Source: an uncultured archaeon (lineage in GTDB: Archaea; Asgardarchaeota; Lokiarchaeia; Sigyniarchaeales; SOKP01). Taken from it: a stretch of DNA of 64,000 nt. Made by a program: the position numbers and the translations under genes. Where the stretch lies: contig CAYLZE010000005.1 of NCBI GenBank assembly GCA_964388035.1, positions 3,742 through 67,741 of the forward strand, in the 5' to 3' direction. This document shows positions 41,158 through 50,058 of this stretch, piece after piece. The first letter of the stretch is position 1; the number at the start of each line of letters is the position of its first letter. The notes beneath the pieces were generated by a model, which had not been told where the DNA came from, ran no database searches, and was given only the letters and a program-made list of their open reading frames with translations.

Positions 41158-42835
41158 CATCGAGCAGAAAAAGGAAGTAAGAAAAAAAGAGTTTGATTTT
41201 CCTATGAAAGAGCAAGTAGAAAAACGAATGAAAGAGAAAAAAGCATCCATTTTACCAGCTAAAGAAAGCGAGATCAAAAGACAAAACAATTTGGATATTT
41301 TTGAAACGGAAAATAGGAAGATTATACTTAAAGAAAAAGCTCGAGAGCTAGAAAACTCAGTAGGGATTGGCAAAGACTTGAAAGAACGAGATCGGTTAAA
41401 AAGAGAGCAAAATTTAGATGAGCTTTCAAAAGGAAAGATTAATGAAAAAGATATAAAACAAAATAAAAAAGAAGTAATTAAAAACCACAAAGAAGGATAT
41501 TATTATGAAAAAGAGTCGATCCTAAAAGTAAAAGAGAATCCATCTAAGCTTAAACCTAAAGAGCAGATAGAGATTCAACATAATCAAAAAAATACACTTG
41601 AATTTAATACTAAAGAGAAAGGACAGGAAAAGCAAAAGAAGGTGATTAAAGAGCAAGAAAAAGAAGAGACCGAAAATAATGCAATTAAATTATTTGAGGA
41701 TTTACGAAAGGAACTCGGCATTTTAAAGGGAGAGCCTAAAACAATATCTGATCCCAATTTAAGTAAAAGTTTGGGACGGGCTCCCAGCTATGTAATGACG
41801 AAAAAGGCACAAATTAAAGAAAATCCTAAATTTCAACTTTCCTTAAAGGAACTATCAGGATTTCAAGAACACTTGAATTTGAAGTATGGAAAGTTAGCCA
41901 GTCGATGTTCTGAGATAATCGAAAAGTATAAAGTAGCTAATCCAGACTTAAAAGAATATGCTCATGAGCAACATGAGGTTAGTAAGCCCCATTTTTTTTC
42001 TAAAGAAAACATGTTATCTAATACACCAGAAGGGAATAATGCATGCTATTTTTACGGATTTCTCCATGCAGATGGTTATAGAAAAGGTAGGTACGTAATA
42101 GGCAGTAGGATTCATCCGCATGATAAATTAGTTTTAGAAAAAATATGTGACGCGATTGGTATTGATCGAGAGAAAATAAAAGTTAGTGAAAACGTAGCGC
42201 AGTTAGAGTTCAAGTGTAAACCAATGCACGCCGACTTAAAAGAGGTTAAGGAGTATTGCATTCCTAACTTTTTAAGACCAAATAGAAAGAAAGTGCTGCG
42301 TTGGCTTCATGGTTTCTATGATGGAGATGGTACACAAGGTCGGACAAATTTTGGATCAGCACATAAAGAAATCTTGATTGATGTTAAGAAGTATTTCGGA
42401 ATAGAAAATGAAGTTTTAAAAACTCTGGAGAAATATACTTATGTCGATAAAGCTGGAAAAACACATGTTAGAAATGAATATTGGACATTAAGCATTGGTC
42501 CAAAGATATTTAATGAAATGCTGCTTTCTAATCCTTCTGGTGGATTACCTAGAAAATATTCTTTCAAGCAGGAGAAAGATGAATCATATAAAAGGTTAAA
42601 AAGAAATGTTGTTATTTTTGAGAAAAGACTCGGAATGCCACTTCAAGAAGCCCTATATAAATATCGGGTTAGCCAATTTAGGGAAATGTTAGGATCGAGG
42701 TCTACATCATTGCATAGGTTAATTACAGAACGAAAGTTAGAACTACCCCCTAAATCATATTGGAAGGATAAACCTACAATTTGGCCAAACAATGAAGTTT
42801 ATAAAGATTTAAAGGATAAACCATTACATGAATAA
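41075..42835 (+). CDS. Free-standing double-motif LAGLIDADG homing-endonuclease-like protein with low-complexity K/E-rich N-terminus (true start probably upstream, ~40680)
   Basis: YFYGFLHADG and WLHGFYDGDG motifs about 85 aa apart; frame open from 40655. Confidence 0.75.
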   Translation: MTEEQGKELLKQKREILKFLTEEQGKEPIEQKKEVRKKEFDFPMKEQVEKRMKEKKASILPAKESEIKRQNNLDIFETENRKIILKEKARELENSVGIGKDLKERDRLKREQNLDELSKGKINEKDIKQNKKEVIKNHKEGYYYEKESILKVKENPSKLKPKEQIEIQHNQKNTLEFNTKEKGQEKQKKVIKEQEKEETENNAIKLFEDLRKELGILKGEPKTISDPNLSKSLGRAPSYVMTKKAQIKENPKFQLSLKELSGFQEHLNLKYGKLASRCSEIIEKYKVANPDLKEYAHEQHEVSKPHFFSKENMLSNTPEGNNACYFYGFLHADGYRKGRYVIGSRIHPHDKLVLEKICDAIGIDREKIKVSENVAQLEFKCKPMHADLKEVKEYCIPNFLRPNRKKVLRWLHGFYDGDGTQGRTNFGSAHKEILIDVKKYFGIENEVLKTLEKYTYVDKAGKTHVRNEYWTLSIGPKIFNEMLLSNPSGGLPRKYSFKQEKDESYKRLKRNVVIFEKRLGMPLQEALYKYRVSQFREMLGSRSTSLHRLITERKLELPPKSYWKDKPTIWPNNEVYKDLKDKPLHE

Positions 42836-43093
42836 CTATTTTCTCATTAACCTGGGTTCCAATTAAGATTTTCTCTTTTCGAACAACCTTTTATACGATT
42901 CTTTATTCTTTCTAAGATATTGGAGGCGGATGTTCATTTAATGTTAAAATCATAAAAGGATTTCTGGCATTTGTACATGGTTTTACATTCTATCATATAT
43001 AATAAAAAAAACAAGCAGTTTATTTTTAATAGTTTTTATAGGATTAATCCATACTACTATTAGACATCAATTAATATATACTAAATATTTAAG

Positions 43094-44170
43094 ATGTGTT
43101 TACGATTAACTGACGAGAATCCCCTCATAATTGTCGGGGAGAAGACAAACAAATCCAAGTATGATTTCTTGCGGGGCTTTTATCCCAGCTGGAATAAAAT
43201 TGTGAAGACAAGGGAGCGCGTGATTATTGATACCCATGCGGGAACCGGGATGGTGGAACTCCAAAGTTCCAAAGACATTTTAGGCGTTCAAAGCAAGAGA
43301 AAGATGTATGGCTCACCATTGCTTGCGATAATAAAGACGCTTACGATTTCCAATAGATTGACAATAATACTCAATGAAGCAAATCTGGATATCTTTTCGA
43401 CATTAAAGAGTCATGTGGATACTTTTGTACAAGAGGGAGTTCCAGTTTTTCGTAAGATAGAAAGCGATTTTAAATATAGATCTCTCGAGACTAAAAGACA
43501 AAGACGTCAAAAGAAGAAAGCAAAATATACTTTTCCCGATTTTCCAGATTGCAAACCAGAGTCAGGATATGAAACCTATTATCTTTTTACAAAAGCTAAC
43601 GTCCAATGTATTAATAATAAAATTGAGAGGAGTATTGATCACATTTTATCTGAATTCTTGAAAGAAGGGGGAAAAGAATCTTCACAATTAAAACCTATTG
43701 CATTATTTTTTGTAGATCCATGTGGCGCTGTGGGCTGGAATAAAGTGATCCATAAAATATGTATGCGTTCTAATAATTCAGAAGGAACTGAACTTATATT
43801 GAATTGGTCTTGGGAGGCAATTCATAGAAATCTTACCACCCAATCAAAAGAAAAAGTGTTAAACAAAATCTATGGAATTCCACGTGAAAAAATTGCGGAA
43901 GAATTTAAAGGCATTAATACAATGGAAGATTATCTTAAGAAATATATAACCCAACTCATGCAGTATTTTAAATATGTCAAGGAGATTGGTGTACCAAAGG
44001 ATAGAAAAGTAAAGCCTAAGCCTTCAAAGCATAAGAAGTATTATTTGCTAATTTGTACAAACAACAAGAGTGCTCTTTCTCTAGCAGGATATCGTATTAA
44101 CAAAGTTAAAGAGGCGCTGAGAAGTCCATTCGTAGATATTGTTAAATTTGCCAAATCTTTGAAAAATTGA
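43094..44170 (+). CDS. Three-Cys-motif partner protein TcmP (SAM-methyltransferase-like)
   Basis: K..FL..FY..W, IDTHAGTG, GSPLLAI, FFVDPCG, YYLL motifs. Confidence 0.7.
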   Translation: MCLRLTDENPLIIVGEKTNKSKYDFLRGFYPSWNKIVKTRERVIIDTHAGTGMVELQSSKDILGVQSKRKMYGSPLLAIIKTLTISNRLTIILNEANLDIFSTLKSHVDTFVQEGVPVFRKIESDFKYRSLETKRQRRQKKKAKYTFPDFPDCKPESGYETYYLFTKANVQCINNKIERSIDHILSEFLKEGGKESSQLKPIALFFVDPCGAVGWNKVIHKICMRSNNSEGTELILNWSWEAIHRNLTTQSKEKVLNKIYGIPREKIAEEFKGINTMEDYLKKYITQLMQYFKYVKEIGVPKDRKVKPKPSKHKKYYLLICTNNKSALSLAGYRINKVKEALRSPFVDIVKFAKSLKN

Positions 44171-44197
44171 GTAATTAACTATTATGAAAAACCAAGC

Positions 44198-44965
44198 TTA
44201 TTTTCGATAAACATAATTGATTATACTATCTTTAATTCGAATATTTTCGCCTTGCTCCCGAGCTTTTTCCAAGATGGAAATTAAATTCATCTTGGTATTA
44301 ATTTCTTTAATCGCATTGTAATAAGGTCTTTCATTAGATAATATCCCTTGAGAACGAATATAATTCATCTTCCCGATCCAAATTGATTCTGTAACATAGC
44401 TTTGTAGTTTTTCAACTAATTGAAATGGATTTTTATCTAAAAATGGCTCTATAGAAATACTTGTCTTAAAACCATTATTAAACGCAATTTGAAGGGCATT
44501 GAGTCTATCTTCGAAAGACGGAGCTCCTGGTTCCCAAAATTTTAAAAGATCATTCTGGTATGAGGTTATGGTGAATCGGAATTGAATAAATTTCTTAAAA
44601 GACGTAAAAGTTTCGCATATAGTTTTAATACATTGAGGGTGTGGTTTAGAAGTAATAAGAGCTTCATTTCCTGCAGTTAGTAATTTTTTTATAACGAAGA
44701 CGCATTGATCTAAAGTTTCTTCCGTAATGTCGTGAGATGTGGGGAACATCACCCTACCTTTGCGCTTACCATACCCTTTATTGATTTGTTGTATGTTAGG
44801 TTCCATTATCTTCCAAGTGTCCTCAGTTTTTCGCTTGAACCTAAGGGCCATCTTTTTCGCATAACAATAACGGCAATTGTTTGAACATCCATAATAAATA
44901 TTAACGTTGCTATCCGCCCATTCTTTCGTGCCTAACGTGATTTTTTGGGATTTGCTTTCAGTCAT
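44198..44965 (-). CDS. Radical SAM protein (DUF5131/SplB-like three-Cys motif)
   Basis: GCSNNCRYCYA, EPGAPS, SIEP; adjacent to TcmP. Confidence 0.75.
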   Translation of the reverse strand: MTESKSQKITLGTKEWADSNVNIYYGCSNNCRYCYAKKMALRFKRKTEDTWKIMEPNIQQINKGYGKRKGRVMFPTSHDITEETLDQCVFVIKKLLTAGNEALITSKPHPQCIKTICETFTSFKKFIQFRFTITSYQNDLLKFWEPGAPSFEDRLNALQIAFNNGFKTSISIEPFLDKNPFQLVEKLQSYVTESIWIGKMNYIRSQGILSNERPYYNAIKEINTKMNLISILEKAREQGENIRIKDSIINYVYRK

Positions 44966-45313
44966 TATAAATCATTTTTATTTATTCTTTCTTTATAATT
45001 ATAGCCTTAATATACTTAACATGAAAAATCGAGTACTATCTGAATATCACTTTTTTTATGAATTCTTCTTTTTCTGAGTCTATATAAATAAAAAATGGTT
45101 TGGAAGATTAATTCTTTTGCTAATTTTCATATTCTTTATAGAGTAATTTAGGATCTTTCGTACTCATTTGAAATTTAAATAAAAATATTGCACTAAAAGC
45201 TATTTGAATATTTATTATTTCGTAGATAATAAGAAGTCATTTGGTTAAGTTTAAATCCTTAAATAGCCAATTTTATAATAACAGGACAAGAATAATAGAA
45301 AGATACTCATAAA

Positions 45314-46045
45314 ATGAAGGAATTTAAAATCAACGAATATCTTTTGCTCCGGTTAGAGGAGGGAAAGACTAATATTTACGTGAAGGGAGAGCTATTTAAG
45401 CAATGTAAATTTCTCTTACTCAATATTCCCGTGGAAAAGATTAGCACATTTGATGAAATCGAATCTATAGATGAAGCTATTGAAAATTTAGATCATTCTT
45501 TTGAGAGGAAGAGAGATGATTATGATATTCCCCCTGAGACAGAATTTTGGGGGCATTGTTCTAACCTGCAGGTATGGGCAGAGAATGAATACGATACACG
45601 ACTCTTGCACCGAAATCTTGCCTTTCCTTTACTCAAAAAATTAGCGGATGCTGGGGAAATAATTGCTAAAAAGACATTCAAGGAAGAAATCGTGAATAGA
45701 CTGCTCAGCAATAATGAAACGGTAATTACCTATCTTCTTGAATTAGGATACCTTGATTCCTTTAGTACTGATGAGTGGGAAATCATTCTGGAGGACGCTC
45801 TCTCTAAAGATAAGATTGTTTTGGTAAAACACTTATTAGATTTTGCAGCTGAGAAATTAAATTTATATTATATTAATTATCTATTAAAAGAAAATACTCA
45901 GCTCTCTAATTTTATACATGCGGTATTGCAATCAAAAAATGTCAGTGAAATTTCTTATGTTTTTGCTTTACTTAAGAAATTAACAATTACCGAAGAGTGC
46001 ATGGCTAAAACGCTTCTCAAGGAAGGAATAATGAATTGTCTGTAA
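45314..46045 (+). CDS. Lokiarchaeal FWGHCSNL-domain protein (no LRRs; possible premature stop)
   Basis: KEFKINEYLLLRLE..EFWGHCSNLQVW..YDTRLLHRNLAFPLLKKL; homologous to the N-domain of 32824-34488. Confidence 0.75.
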   Translation: MKEFKINEYLLLRLEEGKTNIYVKGELFKQCKFLLLNIPVEKISTFDEIESIDEAIENLDHSFERKRDDYDIPPETEFWGHCSNLQVWAENEYDTRLLHRNLAFPLLKKLADAGEIIAKKTFKEEIVNRLLSNNETVITYLLELGYLDSFSTDEWEIILEDALSKDKIVLVKHLLDFAAEKLNLYYINYLLKENTQLSNFIHAVLQSKNVSEISYVFALLKKLTITEECMAKTLLKEGIMNCL

Positions 46046-46162
46046 GACAATGATAGTATAGTGAAAAAATATGTAATTGAAAGGGGATATTTAAAATTCT
46101 TCGGTAGAGAGGATTGGAATGGAAAGAGCGATTGGTGATTAAGGAATTATATGACTAAATTT

Positions 46163-46199
46163 TAGTAATTATAATTACTATAATAATTATAGTGATTAT
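46163..46199. promoter_or_regulatory. Overlapping palindromes, candidate antitoxin operator
   Basis: Perfect 18-bp palindrome TAGTAATTATAATTACTA (46163-46180) plus a near-perfect inverted repeat 46171-46199, just upstream of the TA operon. Confidence 0.55.
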
Positions 46200-46218
46200 A
46201 ATAAAGAATAAAATCAAA

Positions 46219-46488
46219 ATGGCAAATACTACAATACAGATTTCAGAAGAAACCAAAAACAAGCTTTTTGAAGTTATAAATAATTTAGAAAAAAAATGGG
46301 GCAGGAGAATTACTTATGATGAAGCAATCGCCTATTTAATTCAACAAAAACATGGGATTGTATCCAAAGAAGAATTTATTAACAATCTTAAACAATTCAA
46401 GGGAATTCTAAAACCTGGTGAAGGTCAATCTTTATTAAAAGAAATGCGAAGGGAAGAGCTTGAGCGAGAAGAAAGGTTCACAAAATAA
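46219..46488 (+). CDS. VapB-like antitoxin
   Basis: TTIQISEETKNKL..TYDEAI RHH-like motif; overlaps the PIN gene. Confidence 0.75.
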   Translation: MANTTIQISEETKNKLFEVINNLEKKWGRRITYDEAIAYLIQQKHGIVSKEEFINNLKQFKGILKPGEGQSLLKEMRREELEREERFTK

Positions 46489-46897
46489 TTCAATTATAGC
46501 AGATACTTCCGTTTTAATTGAATATCTTGAAGATACAGAGTTAGGGAGGAAATTCTTTGACCAAGTATTATCAAATCCTCAGATAGAGAAATACTTTATT
46601 GCGCCCATTGTTGACACAGAATTAAAATATATTCTTTGTAGAAAAACTAGTTATGATGAGGCGGTTAAATCGGTTAATAAGTTTTTAAAAGATTTTATAT
46701 TGTATCCGGAGGAAAATCTACGAGATGAAGCTGCAAAATTAAAATGCAACTTCGCGATTTCACTTGCAGTTTGTTATAGTATTGCTACTGCTATAGTATT
46801 AGATGGTCCCTTATATATTAAGAGACAAAGAGAAATTGAGAAAATTTTAGATGAATTAACTGAAATTGTTGATTTAAACTTTATTAATGATTTATAA
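46460..46897 (+). CDS. PIN-domain (VapC-like) toxin
   Basis: IIADTSVLIEYL, TELKYILCR, ISLAVCYSIATA. Confidence 0.8.
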   Translation: MSEKKGSQNNSIIADTSVLIEYLEDTELGRKFFDQVLSNPQIEKYFIAPIVDTELKYILCRKTSYDEAVKSVNKFLKDFILYPEENLRDEAAKLKCNFAISLAVCYSIATAIVLDGPLYIKRQREIEKILDELTEIVDLNFINDL

Positions 46898-47212
46898 TTT
46901 AAATGAATAGATATTTTAAATCAGAGATTTTATTCTAATATTTTTAGGTTTTTGACAATTTTCCCAAATATTTAATCCTTAATTCCTCATAGAGACAAGA
47001 TACTATTATATACGCTGGATACCTCGAAGAAATGAAAGGGGTATAAAAAAATTGAAGTGAGGAGGACATTACATTAAAATTAATCTCTATAACTATTTCA
47101 TTGCTGAAGTTGATCTTTACATTGAAATAAAGTTATCATATAAAAATAGAAAGGTCAAAAAGAATTTAAAAAAATGGTTATAGATCATAAGAAAAAGAAT
47201 ATTTGAATAATA

Positions 47213-47941
47213 ATGAAGTATCGAATAGGAGTGGACAGTTGTCCTTCAGGGTGGATTTCTATTGCAAATGCATTGAGTCATGAAAAAGAGGTTCGGAATT
47301 TCAAAACTATCCAGCATTTGTGGGAGTTTTACAAGGACAAACCTCCAGAGCTCATTCTGATTGATATTCCAATAGGATTTGTTGAGCAAGGTTCCGAGCC
47401 AAGAACGTGCGACAAATTGGCGCGAAAGTATCTTACCCGTGCAAGATCCTCTTCGATCTTTCCCGTCCCTTGCAGAGCTGCGATTTATGCAGATTCATAT
47501 GAGCAAGCAAACGAAATAAATAGGCGGAAGACCGGAAAAGGTGTATCAAAGCAGTCATGGAATATAACGGCAAAAATTCGGGAAATGGATAAATTATTAC
47601 AGAATGAGCCCGAAGCGAGGGAAATTTTCATGGAAAGCATGCCCGAAGTTTGCTTTACCGCTTTAAATAACGATAATCCCATGGTTTTTTATAAGAAGAA
47701 GAAAGAAGGCATTCAAGAACGATTAAAGGTTTTAGAAATGAAAGGGAGCCTCCATAATTCTTTATTTCCTAAGATCATGAATCAATTTGAATCATCTCAC
47801 GTGCAAGAAGATGATGTAGTAGATGCTTTAGTATTAAGTTTATCAGCGTCTCGAGGAGAAACAAGTTTGCGATTTTTACCTCCAAATTATGAAAAAGATG
47901 CTACTGGGCTTCCCATGCGTATTGCGTATCCCTCATTTTAA
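47213..47941 (+). CDS. DUF429 (RNase H-like fold) protein
   Basis: IGVDSCPSGW, IDIPIG, R.CD..AR, E..PE, DDVVDA. Confidence 0.8.
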   Translation: MKYRIGVDSCPSGWISIANALSHEKEVRNFKTIQHLWEFYKDKPPELILIDIPIGFVEQGSEPRTCDKLARKYLTRARSSSIFPVPCRAAIYADSYEQANEINRRKTGKGVSKQSWNITAKIREMDKLLQNEPEAREIFMESMPEVCFTALNNDNPMVFYKKKKEGIQERLKVLEMKGSLHNSLFPKIMNQFESSHVQEDDVVDALVLSLSASRGETSLRFLPPNYEKDATGLPMRIAYPSF

Positions 47942-48162
47942 CATTCACTTTTGAATTCTTTAGTAGAAACTCATTCCAAAAAATCTTTTCTTGAATTGAA
48001 CATGAAACATTAATATTAAAATAGAGTAGATTGGGAAACGAACACTAAACCATTTTGATATCGCACATTTAGAAATTTGTGAAGAGAAAAAGATTAATAT
48101 AGGAGTTCTTCTAAAACATAAATTAATAAAAATTTGATTATAGGAAATAAAAAATCAAGGTA

Positions 48163-49542
48163 GTGAATTATCCCATCATGGAAACTAAAAACGATAAAAT
48201 CCATTCTTTTAAGGGGCATTTTTTCTATTCCTTAGGGGCGATACCGAGTTCTCTCCCATACAACATGATACAATCATTTTTTGTTTTTTTTTATACTATT
48301 CATGCGGGACTATCCTTGGAACTGGCGGGTTTAATATTAATATTCTATGGTATTTGGAATGCGATCAATGATCCGATATTTGGTTATTACATGGATAAGA
48401 AGAAATTTAAAAAATGGGGTCGTCGGGTTCCTTATATCGTGATTGGAACGATTCCAATGACGGGAGGGTTCATTTTTATCTGGTTCGCATCATTATTGAC
48501 AAATGAGGTTGAAATTTTCTTCTTAGGATTAATCTCACTATTCTTTTTCGACCTAGGGTTTACTTTAGCCATGACTGCTTGGTCAGCACTCTATACGGAG
48601 ATGTATGAGACAGCAAAAGAACGTGCCAGCGTGGTAGCACTAAAAGATTTTATTGCATTTCTTTCCGGGATGTTAGGCTTGCTTTTTCCTCCATTATTTG
48701 CGGCAGTGATGGGATGGCCTCTTGTAGGCGTTCTATTTGGCCTAATGATCCCCGTGACCATGCTACTTTCCTTACTTGGCACGAAAGAAAAAAAGGAATA
48801 CCAAATAGATGAGCCCTTGCCCGTTGTTAAAGCTTTCATGGAAACAGTTAAAAATAAACCCTTCATGAACATCACGTTTACCTACGCCATGATTGATTTT
48901 TTTACGGGGTTAACTCTTACCGTCCTCCCTCTCTATGCTAAATTTATTCTCCAAATGGATGAGAGTTTGGTGGGTTTTTCAGCGATAGGAATTGCATTAG
49001 CCTTATTGGTGAGCATTCCTTTTTGGAGATGGGTATATTCCAAAAAAGGTCCTAAATATGGACTATTATTAGCCTTTGGCATTTTTATTATCGGAATTTG
49101 GCCCATATCCCTTGCTCCCGATTTCATTACTTTCTTCTTGTTAACTTTAATTCCAGGAGTAGGAGCAGGTGGTCTCATCATGACCGAACCTGCAATGTCC
49201 TGTGCAATTGATTATGATGAGTTAAGGATAGGAAAGAGACGGGAAGCGACTTATAACGGCATTTTAACCCTAATTGCCCGCTTATCGATAGTATTTTCAG
49301 GAGTGGCGTTGATTTCCGTGCAACTTTTAACGGGTTTTGATTCAAGTACCCCGATTCAGACCGAACAAACGTTATTTGGTTTAAGAGTGTTAGTCTCCTT
49401 AGTACCTCTCTTGGGAGCAGTCATTGGATTTTTGATATTCAGTAGATTTCCAATCAATTATAAAGTATTCATGGAACAGCAAGCTAAATTAGAAGCTCTC
49501 CATGAAAAACGCTTGAAGGATTTAAAAAATCTTGATTCTTAA
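48163..49542 (+). CDS. MFS/GPH-family sugar:cation symporter
   Basis: WNAINDPIFG, WGRRVPY, DYDELRIGKRREA; about 12 TM. Confidence 0.88.
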   Translation: MNYPIMETKNDKIHSFKGHFFYSLGAIPSSLPYNMIQSFFVFFYTIHAGLSLELAGLILIFYGIWNAINDPIFGYYMDKKKFKKWGRRVPYIVIGTIPMTGGFIFIWFASLLTNEVEIFFLGLISLFFFDLGFTLAMTAWSALYTEMYETAKERASVVALKDFIAFLSGMLGLLFPPLFAAVMGWPLVGVLFGLMIPVTMLLSLLGTKEKKEYQIDEPLPVVKAFMETVKNKPFMNITFTYAMIDFFTGLTLTVLPLYAKFILQMDESLVGFSAIGIALALLVSIPFWRWVYSKKGPKYGLLLAFGIFIIGIWPISLAPDFITFFLLTLIPGVGAGGLIMTEPAMSCAIDYDELRIGKRREATYNGILTLIARLSIVFSGVALISVQLLTGFDSSTPIQTEQTLFGLRVLVSLVPLLGAVIGFLIFSRFPINYKVFMEQQAKLEALHEKRLKDLKNLDS

Positions 49543-50058
49543 AATTAACTTTTTTTTTATTTATAAAGCATGGAAGTTGATTAAACACTAAAAATTACAT
49601 TAAAAATTTCCATTCCGAGTTAGTAGAAGCAAATTTTAGTCGAGCACTTTTTTTGATTTCCTTACTTAGTTTTGATTTTCGTAAGAGTATTTCTGACAAA
49701 ATCAGACCTATACCCGCATGAGAAATGAAAGAGGAGATTTTCTTATCCCTTCAATTGAGTATGATTTAGAAAGTTAAGAATTCGTTATTCAAAGATTTGT
49801 TGTTTATTATAATTAGGTATTTGTTATAAGGAAAGAATATTATCTTCCAATTCCTTCTATTTTACATGATGTTTATGTACCTCAACTATAACATCCATAT
49901 TATCTCTTGCAGATTATCCTTTCTTTCTACATCGCAATTTTGATTATTCTTCCAAATTTTTGTATATCAATTAGGATAATTGCCAAGATTATTTTAAATA
50001 ATGAAAAGATTTTTTTTCCTTTGGTTATTTAAGAACTAAAATTTACTAATCTTTCCTC

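Noticed and set aside
41075-42835. LAGLIDADG domain as part of an intein
   Set aside because: No N-terminal C/S block or C-terminal HN motif, and no interrupted host protein.
49620-49738. Fragment SSFISHAGIGLILSEILLR on the minus strand resembling a membrane hydrolase N-terminus
   Set aside because: Too short, no start codon, and cannot be supported without a search.
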